From Azolla caroliniana (lineage: Eukaryota; Plantae; Polypodiophyta), in contig JBHGNT010000007.1 in the NCBI GenBank assembly GCA_043228905.1, forward strand, positions 10,354,001-10,418,000: a stretch of DNA of 64,000 bases, in the 5' to 3' direction. Made by a program: the position numbers and the translations under genes. The notes under the pieces are model-generated. The model was not told where the DNA came from. It searched no databases and saw only the letters and a program-made list of their open reading frames with translations. Positions 11,701-23,700 of the stretch are shown one piece after another. Position 1 is the stretch's first letter. Every line of letters starts with the position of its first letter.

Positions 11701-14700
11701 TTCTACTCCATAGAGAAGAGTTGGTGTGACAAGTGTATCAAATAACCATAGCTTAATTCGTCGCTCTTGGAACTGCAAATGTGCACATTGTCTCTCGATA
11801 GCACCAAGGGCTGCATATCCACGAGAAAGTCGGGCACAAGCAGCCTCCCGTAAGGAGAACCTAGGCCCTGTAAATGTTACTCCTAGGTATGTGTAGGAGT
11901 GTGTGTATTCCACCTTTTCCTCACGTGTGAGAACTTGAAAGAAATGCTAAAGGGGCCCCAGTTTGAGTGATGTATTATAAAGAATCTAGAATAGCCAATT
12001 CATACAAAGTGGGGATGTGGTAGTGAAGTGGACTACTATCAAACAGTTTCAATGAAGCTTTATATAAATAGGAAATAAAAACTTACTCGATAATATATGC
12101 CAAGGAGAGAGTCTGTGAAAAGAGAGAACATACTTAGAGAGAGTGCAGTTTTGGAGTTGTCATCATCCATCTCTTCTCAGCTTCAGAACTGCCCAACATT
12201 GATTCGACAAAGGAGCTAATCAATGGATTTTCTTGGTAATATCTTGATAAACGAAATCAACTGCATTTTTGTGGGTGAGACAATAGTCCAAGTTGATGAC
12301 TTGAAATTCCACTAAGTGCACTTCAATATGTTTTGTTCTACCATGAAATGCTGAGATATCTGCTGATGCTTGGGCACTTTGATTGCTTGTCAGAACTTCA
12401 ATAGAGGGTCTTGCGAAGCCCCAATATTGCAAAGTAGTTGCATTAACTAAAATAACTCATCAAGTATCCAAACAGGCTCTATATTCAGCTTCCTCGATGA
12501 AGTAGAAGCTGAATTTTTATTCATTGATTTCCAAGAAATTAAGCCTAAGCCTAACATGAAACAATGACCTAACGTGGACTGTCTTGTATCAAGGTTACCT
12601 GTCCCATCAGCATCTGCGTAGCCAACAAGTTTAATGCATCCTCTAAAAAAGAGAGACAATATTCAGATTTGTTGGCCAGATACCTAAGAACCTGAAAACT
12701 GCTTACCAAATGTCTTTGTCTTGGAGAATCAGAGAATTGGCTGAGAACACTCACTCTGGTTGGACAAACAAGGCATGTTGTGAGTTAGGTGAAGAAGAGA
12801 CCAAATTAACCTTCTATATTTAGTGCTATCCTCAAATATTGGAGAACAGTCTTTATAAGAGGGTTCAATTTGAATCCATGGGGATGAGAGTGGCCTGCAA
12901 TTTGATATGCCATAGGTCTTGAGGAGCTGTATAAGATACCTATATTGGCCAAGGAAGAATCCTTTATGTGAACGATAAACTTCCACAACTAAGCAGTATA
13001 GAAGTCATAAGTTAGTCCTTTCAAATGTAGTTTTCAGGTTAACCTGGGGTTACGCTGCCTTTTGAAATAGAAGACCTTGTAATTAGTATATCAATTACGT
13101 ATAATACCTAAGTTAGTAGTTTCAAATGTAGTTTTCCGGTTAGCTCGGAGTTACACTGTCTTTTGAAATAGAAGACCTTGTAATTAGTATATCAAGCATA
13201 ACAATATTGAAACCTAAGGGAGAAAGAAAGAAAGATATATTAACGTCTTTTAAGAGGCCAAAGTGGCCTATAAGACCAAACAAGAGATTACATCTTAAGT
13301 GTTGTCTTGTCTTTGAGAACAAATAAAAAAAAGAAGTAAATAATACTACATAAATATAAAAGTATATAAGAACGCACAAGATTGGGAGCTTACTTTAAGC
13401 CATACAAGGCTTTGTGCAACCATAGGCCATATTTTTCTGCTGTGAAATTTCAAAACTTGGATGTTGTTATACATCAACTTACGCTTTCAAGCTGCTGTTG
13501 TGGAAGGCTTGCTTGACATCCATTTGAAAGATAGGATATATTCTATTCATAACAAGTGCAAGGGCACATCAAATAGAAGCGTATCTCATAATCCACTCCT
13601 TCCACTTGTGAATAGCTGTTTGGATCTAAGCATGCCTTATGCGTAGCCAAAGTTCCAATCAAATGGTACTTGGGCTTGAAAATCCACTTCAATTCGGTGC
13701 CTTGCCTATGTTGACGCTGCGGAACTACCTCCCATGCATGATTCTGCTCAATAAACCACTTTAAAAAACTGATGTTAAAGCTTTAAACAAATGCGAAAAA
13801 ATGTGTTAATGTCTGCTAATACACTGTACTACTTTAATCTTTTTGCTGCGCATAGTTTCTTGCTAGATCACCATGGACTCTGACTGGAAAACTAATAAAG
13901 CTGATGCGTCAATAATTCGTGAACATGAGGTACTTGACCACATGAAGATACCGGAGAAAGAAAGGAAAGGAGGGGGCCATCCTGGGTAGTGCTTGAAGCG
14001 TGAACACGATACCCAAAATGAAAATATCATTAAATGGTGATGAGTGGAAGGAGATGTCTTGCACCAGTTAATTAGTGACGAAGTCAATCCCATGAGATAT
14101 AATATAGGCACGGCCTTGATATTACTTGTGGATGACATTGTGTTGATTTCTCACTCTCTGAAGGGGCCATCGAATGCTTTAAAGTCTTTTTATATAGACA
14201 TAGATTTGTCGGTTAACCTTGATAAAAGAATAGTGATAGTGTTTAACACCACTCAAACATGGGTGAAAGAGATCAGAATTGCTTGAACTCTTGTTATAAC
14301 TCAAGAGACAGAGACCGAAGTTGAAGGACAATAATGCAGCGACAACAGCTTATCAAAAATGAACTATCACGGCTTTCTTCATCTCCATCACTCCCTTTCA
14401 TACTACAAGTCAATCAAGGGCGAGACAAATGGGGTTTTAATGAGGACACCCAAAAGGGTCACACAATAGATTGGGCAATAGCAGTGTTATGCACATAGCC
14501 ATGGCCTCGCCACCTTGTTGTTTTAAAATAAAGGCCATTACCCAACATTGATGGTACCTCCCTCCCTTCGGATGTCTCTTAGGACCCAGAAGTTCCATCA
14601 TGTCTAACTTCAGCTTCTGAAGTGCCTAGATAACTAGATTTTGTAGTGCCTTATATTCAGTTATGTTTATTTTGGATTGTTCTCAAAGATAAGACAACAT

Positions 14701-17700
14701 TCTAAAATGCAATCTCTGGTTCAATCTTATAGGCCATTTTGGCCATTTAAAGATGTGAGTACAACTTTCTTTCTTTTCTTTATCTTTCTACCTTGTGTCT
14801 CTAGGGTGACACAAATTAGAAGAAAAAATAAAAATACCCCTAACTTGGTCTGATATTTTACAGAGCCCTCTGCAATCATAAACTTTTGAAAAATTAGGGG
14901 TATTGCAGATGTATGTAACAAGTTATGGGTGTTTGATGTTTTTCTTCTTTGTACGAGTTACAATGGTATATCATGAATCTTCATTGCACTCTACATGTGA
15001 AATCATTTGTCATAGACCAGATCTTATTCTGTTGTTGATGTGATTGCTATGAAATAGGGTTGAGGACTTGCATAAGGCCATCCTCAAAAGTAAGGGAGTA
15101 AGAAGGAAGCTTACAAATGACAGTCTTGACCTATCCACGCAGTTACAGGCAAGGGAAAAAATATTATTGTTATTATTACTATTCATGACATACACTTTGT
15201 GATATGAACTGTTTGTGTTATATTGATATTTTTTGAGCTCGTCAATTTCATAGGCGGAGATTGAAATATTGAAAAAAGGGATGCAGCTACAAGCAGAAGA
15301 GGAAACAACACTCGATCTTCTTAGAGAGGATTTTGAGACAGTGGAAAACGAAGCTCTTCTATGCAGGTTCATTCATATAAATCATGGACTTGCAATTAGG
15401 ACTGCTGCCTAAGAAAATGTAACCTTATAAGAATATAACTCATCACTTAACTCATCTGCCTTTACATTGAAGGGAGAGGGAGCAAAGTTTACGTTTAGAG
15501 GAAATTGATTTACGAAGAGCCCAGGAAGAATTCCAAAAGAAGATCAAACTGATAGAAGAAGAGCATGCTGCAGCTTTGGCTCCCCAAATCCTACAGCTTA
15601 AGGTATGGAAAATAGTAAATCAATCTTCGAAGACTTAAACATTAGTTGAAAGAATTAAGATCCATGTGACAAATGACTTGTTTAGTGCGTTATTAACTTA
15701 ATGATGCGGATGGGATAGCAATATTCTAATGGCTGTGAAAAGTTGCTATAAAAATGTTCATTAACAATACATAAACTTGTGTGATGTTATTTTAAAGTTA
15801 TTTTGGAGGCACAATATCTTGATAGTTAGTTAGAGTGATATTTGACATATGCATTGAACATCATTATTGTGTGAAGCACATTTCTATTGTTCAGAGATAA
15901 AAACAATACAGGCCCATTCTTATTTAAATAATGTCAGATTTAGTTTGAGTACTTGCATAGACACAACAAATGGCAAACAATTTTCTTTGTTCATCTACCT
16001 ATAGTTCGACATAGAAGCCGTAAGAAAACAAATTCAAGAAGATGCTGCCAAGATTGAGCAATGCAACAAAGAGGTATGGTCATTAATTGTTTTTGTATCA
16101 GTAAGAAGAGGGATAATTGTTTTTAGCTTTCTCTAGTTATGAGAGTGTACTCACTCTTCAAAGAAGCCTTTGTTTTTCTTCAAGAAAACGATGAAACTGT
16201 AGCATAAATGGATTCATAGTACTCTATGGTAAACACTTAGGTTAGTTGCATTTATCTTTATCACTGTTAAGTTTGTTTTGGAAACTTTCGTACCGACTCT
16301 TTTACATGCAAAACAGATCTGACAGATCTAATTGCTTTCGTGTGTGCTATATATTATTGGCAAGGAGCACTGTTTTTACATTACACTGATTAACATAGTA
16401 TGAACCATACGCATCATACATGCATTCACATTCAAGTATGTTTCAACCATTCGAGTATGGTAAACACCCTCGAAGTATGGTAAATACCATACTTTTGTAT
16501 TCATTGTTTATTATAAGGTAAAACGTTTTTTAAGGTAAGATAGTTAAGATAAAAACATAAGTATGTTTTCATAACATACGCATTCGTTTTCAAACGTATG
16601 AAAACGAATGTTAACAAATGCATTCAAGTATATTACGTACTCTGCTGATTAAAATTTTTATTAGTTTCCCTCTACACCTCCATGTTTACTTTACTCTTTA
16701 TGAAATTTGTCTCTAAGATGTTATATTATGTTCGGTCCTATAGGCCATTTTGGCTTTTTAAAAGATGTTAATATATCTTTCTTTCCTCTTTCTGTCTATG
16801 GGTGGATGCACTGAGTAATATGGGTATTTAACATGCGTAATATATTGATGTTCTTTGTGTGACTGCTACAGGTTGAAGCCACTAAGCAGAAGATGTCTGA
16901 AATTGTAATAGAAAGTGACCAATTACAAAACCAAAAGAAACGTAACGCTGAAGTATTGTCAGGTTTCGATGGAGTACCAGAGAAACTTCGTAAACAGGTT
17001 GCAACCCATTGAGATTTCCGTTCTTTTTAACATAAAAGGATGGTTGAGCACCTACTTTATGTCATGTTGTTTAGCACAACTGTTTAGGTAAGAACTGAAA
17101 CTTGCACTGTCTGTGGCCATAGCTACTCATTCATAGGTGGCTCCAGTTAAAATTATGTCAAGTAAAGCGTTCTATATTTCATTATATTTGTCCAAGGCTT
17201 TCAGGGGCTAGATGGATATCATTGGTTGCTCTCATAGATTGGGCCTAGATGCATGCTATTGGTTACCTTATAACTTAGGGAGGGGGATACTTGAAATATA
17301 GCGCCATAGGGAGATGGTAGTGAATAGAGAAATATAGTGGCATAGAGTGATATAGCAGCGAGAATTTTTGTCCCAAAGCCTTGGGATAAGGGGTAATATT
17401 GGTTATTGAGAAATACAATAATCACGTGCCTAACCTTGTTTGTATCAGAAACAATCATTTTAGAATGTCTGGATGGTTTCTTATTGAGACTATTATCCTG
17501 GGTGCATTTTGTGTTATGCTAAATCTTTAAAAGGACATGCTTTTCTCCACTACATGCAGGGAGATGCACTCGTGAATGCTGTGAAAGGTCTTCATTTGCA
17601 AGAGCAACGGCAGCTTGATAAGGTCTGGTTGGTCACCTTTCGATTGCAATATGTAGTTTAATTTTCCATCTTCATAACGATTAACTTTCAAATACAGTGA

Positions 17701-20700
17701 TAAAGAGACTGTTCTACTGACGAGCTTATATTTGACATAGAGTTCTTGATGTGAAATGAAAGATCAAGGATATGGAGAATGAGCTGTTCAATAATCAAAA
17801 TACCAGAAGAAACCTAGGAGAGGACTATACTAGGTCATGCTTAGAGGTTGAAAAAGTTCGTCAATACATTGAGCAAAAGGTGAATTTATCTTGTCATATT
17901 TGAAAGAATCTGTCTTTTGGTAATGTATGAAATTAGTATATTCTGGTTGATACGCCTTTGAGAGTTAACAAATTCCATTTATTGAATTTAAAACTTATTT
18001 TTCAAAGTTCAATGATCACTATTTAAAATCTGTGCTCAACAAATAAAAAGAATAATGTTTTAACAGATGTCCTTTTGCAAACTGCAAATTTGACGTATAT
18101 GACACCTGATGTCTCTCAATGATGGGCACCATGATCTAGTAAAGAGCATTTTAATTCTTTGGAAAATGAGTTACTCATGTACTCTTTATTATTATGTTGG
18201 TATGGAAAAGAGAGATTGTAGTTCTCAGTTTAATCGTTTCTTATGGAGATGAACTAAATACCAGATTCTGGGAGCCATAAATCTAGCACATTCCTTCTTT
18301 TCTAGATCCTTTGCACTAGATCACACAACCTCGGTATTGAAGTTGCATTATAGAATCAAAATCAGCCAAAAGACATGTAAGGTATGCAAGGAAGGGCTAG
18401 TAGAGGATGAATATCACTTGCTTTTTACGTGCTCTGCATATAGTGCAATTCATGAAAGCTATGATATATTAAGAGGGGGTGATGACTTGACTATCACACT
18501 AAAGGGAACACCTAGAACGTTGAGCTCATATGTTTATGCCTTATTCACACATCGAGACTTGGTGCTTCAAAGTAGGAAGGAGACACACATCAAGATAACT
18601 TTTGTACTTACGTCCTATGGGTCAATATTGGCCTCTCTATGGACGCTAAAAATATCTATCTATCTATCCCTGGGTTACACGATTGCTTATCTATGTGAGG
18701 TATCACAGTGGAAACAGTTCTCTACCAAGCTATGCATAACAAATCCATGGCTATATTGGCTATTGTTTGGAGTTTGTAATTATACATTTCATACTGAGCT
18801 GGTTCTGGATCTCATCAATGCCATATAAGATTTACTTCTAGGTAAGAAATGAACTACATTTGGAGGATTTCTAAGACTAATATTAACTTATTTGTACTCT
18901 TCTTAATGAGAATGGGTATCCGTAACGGCTCTTTACGTCAGTTCTGAAGGAGGTTTGGAGAGCTAGTATGATCTTTTAGGGTACAACCATAATGTCGCTT
19001 TTACAGGAAATGTTTTGACAACCATGTTGACATTTGCAAAAATGCAGAAACGGCACAACAGATACTTAACAGAGTACAATGAATAGAGCAAGTAAATTTA
19101 TATTAGCAGAGCATCAAGGCATGATAACAGTGGGTTTTTGGTACAATGAATGTGATAACTCATGTGCTCCTAAATGGGCAGATACAGACAAAATCAGGAA
19201 ATGGAATGAACACTAACCTTAATATGCAGTAAATGGTTTGGTTTACAATAGGTGTTGCACCAAATAGGTTATCCATCTACAATAGTGAATATGCCCCTCC
19301 ACTGTCATCACATGTGAGGGTTGTTGGTGTTTTTTCACATCTAACAAACAATTAGCCACTATTCTGTATTATTAGGCCTACCCATGTCTTAAGACTATTT
19401 ACTATGGTCCTGCTTTGGTTCTGAATTCATGAAAGGAAGTTTCTCTTGTATGGAAACAAGTATGGAATGGACGCTATCATTTGGAGAACGTTACGTTTTC
19501 TTTGTATCATATATGTATCTTGCATTATGTTTTTTCTAGTTGATGACATAGTTGTTAAAAAACGTGTATTCTAGAATACGTTTTAGAATACTCTGAAGTA
19601 TTCTACTTGTACTCTTTGTTTTAGAACTTCCATTTATAAATTTTCATGTATTCTATGTATTTAACATTTCAAAACAGTTTAAATTTTTTTACAAATTATA
19701 TTTTTTTTAAAAAAAAGTTTAAATTTTAAGAAGTTTTTAACATATTCTACCGTCTATGTATTTAAAGTATTCTACATGTATCTAAGTGCTTAACTTATTT
19801 TATTTGTAAAATACGTATTCTAAATATTTTGAAAAAAGGTAGAATACTTTTAGAATATTTAGCATATGTGTTCTACGTGTATTGTATGCTAAGTATTCTA
19901 CAACACTGGTTGATGGTAAGAACTAAAGTTGTATTTGCTGCTAATAATGTTGCAGGAGCTATCTGTCAGTGAGTTGAAGAAGGAATTGGATATGGCATCC
20001 CTTGAGGCTGATCAATACCTTGCAGATCGGGTGTCATCTCAACTTCCATCAACAACAATCATGAATACTAATTCTTATTTTAGGAATTTTCGAACTCGAG
20101 TTTTAAACCTGGACATGTATCATCCTATGTAGGTAAACTTGGACATGCAGCTAAAATCATCACAAATTGACCAAAAACATGAACAAGAAATTTTAGCCCA
20201 GCATCTAAAAGAGAAAGAACGTGTTTTCCGTAAGCTGAAGCACATTGAAAGTCAGTTGAAAGGAATTCAAGAGACCATACCTTTAGTTAATATGGAGAAG
20301 GAAAAAGTTCACCACCAAGTAATACAGAATCATTTGCTTTTTCTGCCTGTGTATATTATGCATGAGTTTTGTTTATGACTGCTTTTTTCTCATCTGCCTA
20401 TATTTACATCCTTTAGTGAGCATACTAAGGCATTATTTTCAATTGCATTATCTTGTTGAATTTCATAAGACATTTCTGTTTTTTAGAGATTTCAATATAT
20501 ATTTTCTCTCATCTCTTTCTTGAGAAAAAGAAAAGACAGCAGAAATGATAAGCTTAGTGGAAATTGCTGCTAAAAATATTCGCAGATAAAACTTCCATGA
20601 ATTTGACAGGTTATTCTGGCAGAAAACGAGAAAAAGAAAGCCAGCGCATGTGTACAGGAATTGAGGAAAGAGTTCGATCTTCAAATGCGAAACTACCTTG

Positions 20701-23700
20701 GAATAGAGACAGTAACCAAAGATGTCTCAACAAAACTTCGAAATGGATATAAGGAGGTGCAGAAAATCAAATTTCTGGCTGACCTGTATGTAAATTTTCC
20801 TTTACTATGGCTCTGACTATATACGTTTATGTGAACTTTTAAAGGTAGTGAGGCTTGAAAAGGAGGTGTTAGCAGCAATAGAAGTAGAATATGCAGGTTA
20901 TCAACAAATGGGCGAGTTATCAAGTTTAAGGGACTACACATGCCGTCTTTTGTCATCCAAAGTGAATATTTCTCCTGCAAAGGACCGTGTAAATGATCTC
21001 TATTGTTTTTCTTTGTCTTGCCTGTGATTTATATTAATTTTTTATGCAGATGCAAATGTATAATGAAGCGAAGGAGAAAATACGTACATCCGATATAGTG
21101 ATTGGATTCTTAAAGGAAAAATACGAAGATATAGAAGATCATTTTGCAAAATTGATCAAGTTGTACAATATTATGCGGGCACAACGCAATAAATCGATCA
21201 CTCTCATTCAGGTATTACATAGGCTCATAAAGATGTATAAATTTTATGTGCTTGAACATTATCCAATTCAGTGCATAGTGATGATGGATCTTATGGAGAT
21301 TCATGAAGGTCAGAAAAAGTTGATTTGCTTTTGTGTAGTGGACGGTCATTTAAGTTTAAAGATTTCTTTCAAATGTATGATATTGTGCATTATGACTGTG
21401 CTAGTTGAAATGTCAGAATATTACTTTGAAACTCTCCAAGTAAACTGTAGAAGAACGTTTACAAGAAATATTTTTGGTATCCCCATCAAATTGGCAAATT
21501 CGGCACTGATGTGCAAGATAAAATTTCAGAACATTAATGTGAAATTCTTAAGTAAATGCGAAACTCTCCAAATAAACTGTAGAAGAACGTTTACAAGAAA
21601 TTTTATTTTTGGTATCTCCATCAATAATAGATAGTATCAGAGCTATGAGATTGATGGTGTTCTCCACGTCTCTGAGCATTTCTCTGTGGGCCGGAAGCCT
21701 TTGCATATATTCATCCATCATCATATTCTGTATTTATATCTGCTGACCTGCATCATTTGTATGTTGAATTTACACTCCAGTTAAACATCCCAACCTAGTT
21801 AACTCTGTTCAATTGGTATTGAATACCATATCCTGGGTTTCATGAAGGTTCCACTGACAAATCTTTATGTGGAAAAAGAGACAGACTGCAAATAAATGGT
21901 ATCTCTCGGGAAAGTCAGATATTATGACTAATCGTTTCAAACAGCATGAGCATAAGCACTCAATTCAAGGCTTGCACCTGACCATGTATGTGACACTGCC
22001 TTAATGCAAAATCATGAGCAAATTTACCAAGGGTGTTCTGGTAGATGGATTTTTATGCATAAAAAGTTGTAGAATGGATGTATCAAGAGACACAATCACC
22101 TCATCTTTGAAAGATGTAGATTGCAGGAGAGCTCTAGAGTCTCAAGAAGTTTACAATTTGTCCCAGGTGGGGTATTGTAGTGCAACAATGTCTTGGAATC
22201 AGGTGCAGATTGATGATATATTCAGGACAATTTCTTATTTGATATCAAGAGGCAGCATATTTAGCATTTCTACCATGAGTTGAGCCTTTACATTTGTATA
22301 AGATTATTGGGAGCCTAGCACATACGGACAAAGTCATTTAAGTAACAGAATGGATTATTCCTCTAGATGACTCATCTGGTATTATAAAGCTAAATGAACA
22401 TTTTCAGGCCAGCAAAATCAGTATGGCAGAACTTAAGGACAAAGCAAGACGATTGGATGTAGAACTCAATATGTTACAAGGTGAACTCCAATATAAGGAC
22501 AAGGTATTACATCGCATGAGGAAAGAATTTGTGACAAGTGTGCAGGCACGATCTCATTTGCGTACAGACTTGATCAAGTGCTCAAAGCTTCTATGTCAGC
22601 AGAAGGTATAACATGAAACATTCATGCTACCCAGTTTTTTTGTTTTTAGAGTCTGTTTCATATTTAGCTATTCTTCTTGAAGGAACATTTCATGTATATC
22701 TGAGTGATGGGATACTGAATGTTCTTGAAAGTACAGCACCAGAAAACAATTATGTCACATTGTCATATCTTCTTTTCATTAGATGTGCTAATGATCTTAA
22801 TGGTTTGTTTATGATGCACACCATATAGGCGGCTATTGATGAGAAGGTTATGGAAGGTGCAAGAATGAATGGATTCATTCATACAGCAGAGAGGGAAATG
22901 TCGTCATTTAGAAAACACTATGAAGTATGTGTGCTTGATCGTAATGGTGTGGGAATCTCTCTAATAGATCGGAATGATGAGCTTTGTATCCTGTATGAGA
23001 AATCAAATGTACAAGTAAGATGCCTATTCACTAGTCCCATTGAATAACTAGCCTTCCTTCGAAAATTAACATGTTCTATAATAAAGATGGTACAAAATAT
23101 TAGTTTTGTGAGTAGCATTTCTTTTGTTTCTTCCTCCTGGGATTGGCATCTTTGAGATGTAACTATTGAGCATGATACTCCTTGGGATTGGCATCATGAT
23201 CTTAATCCCATTGTAAGTTATGTTATCTCTGTTATTTCATTAAACACTAAGAACTTAGATCTCATTGTCTCCTTTTATTCCCATGCTTTGAATATATCAG
23301 GAAGAGCTATTAAGGGTCTCTGATATAGAGATGTCTACAAGAGAAAACGAGATTTCTCTCTTGAAGAACCAAGTCGGAAGCTTGGAGAGGTCAATTTTGA
23401 TATGTTACACGCTTCTTCCAAAAGCGCATGAACTTCAAAACACAATAAGTGATCTAAAGCATGAGGTAAAAACCCAAGCAACACTAAATGGCAACACTAC
23501 TGCAAATGATTATAAATATCTTAACCAGCATCCAAACTTTTTTTGATGAATCTTTGTAGCTGAAAAGGGTTGCTGTTGAGAGCGATAGGTTGTCAGATTT
23601 AGTAGAGAAGCCACAGAATGCAGCTCGGTGGAAGCTCTCAGTGGGATTTGATCCAAGTGATCTACAACTCAAGACAAAACTTACTTTCATTGAAGAATCT

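Noticed and set aside
13021-13195. ~75-bp direct duplication; a similar ~60-bp pair near 21428 and 21560
   Set aside because: Ordinary local duplications within decayed TE or intron sequence.
13867-13929. Possible extra CCDC146 exon (AG..ITMDSDWKTNKADASIIREHE..GT)
   Set aside because: Exons 1 and 2 already join in phase 2 without it, the open reading is phase 0, and there is no family similarity.
21630-22300. PBS-like TAGTATCAGAGC and copia-like remnant; similar traces at 28260-29400
   Set aside because: Too decayed to define boundaries or domains by eye.
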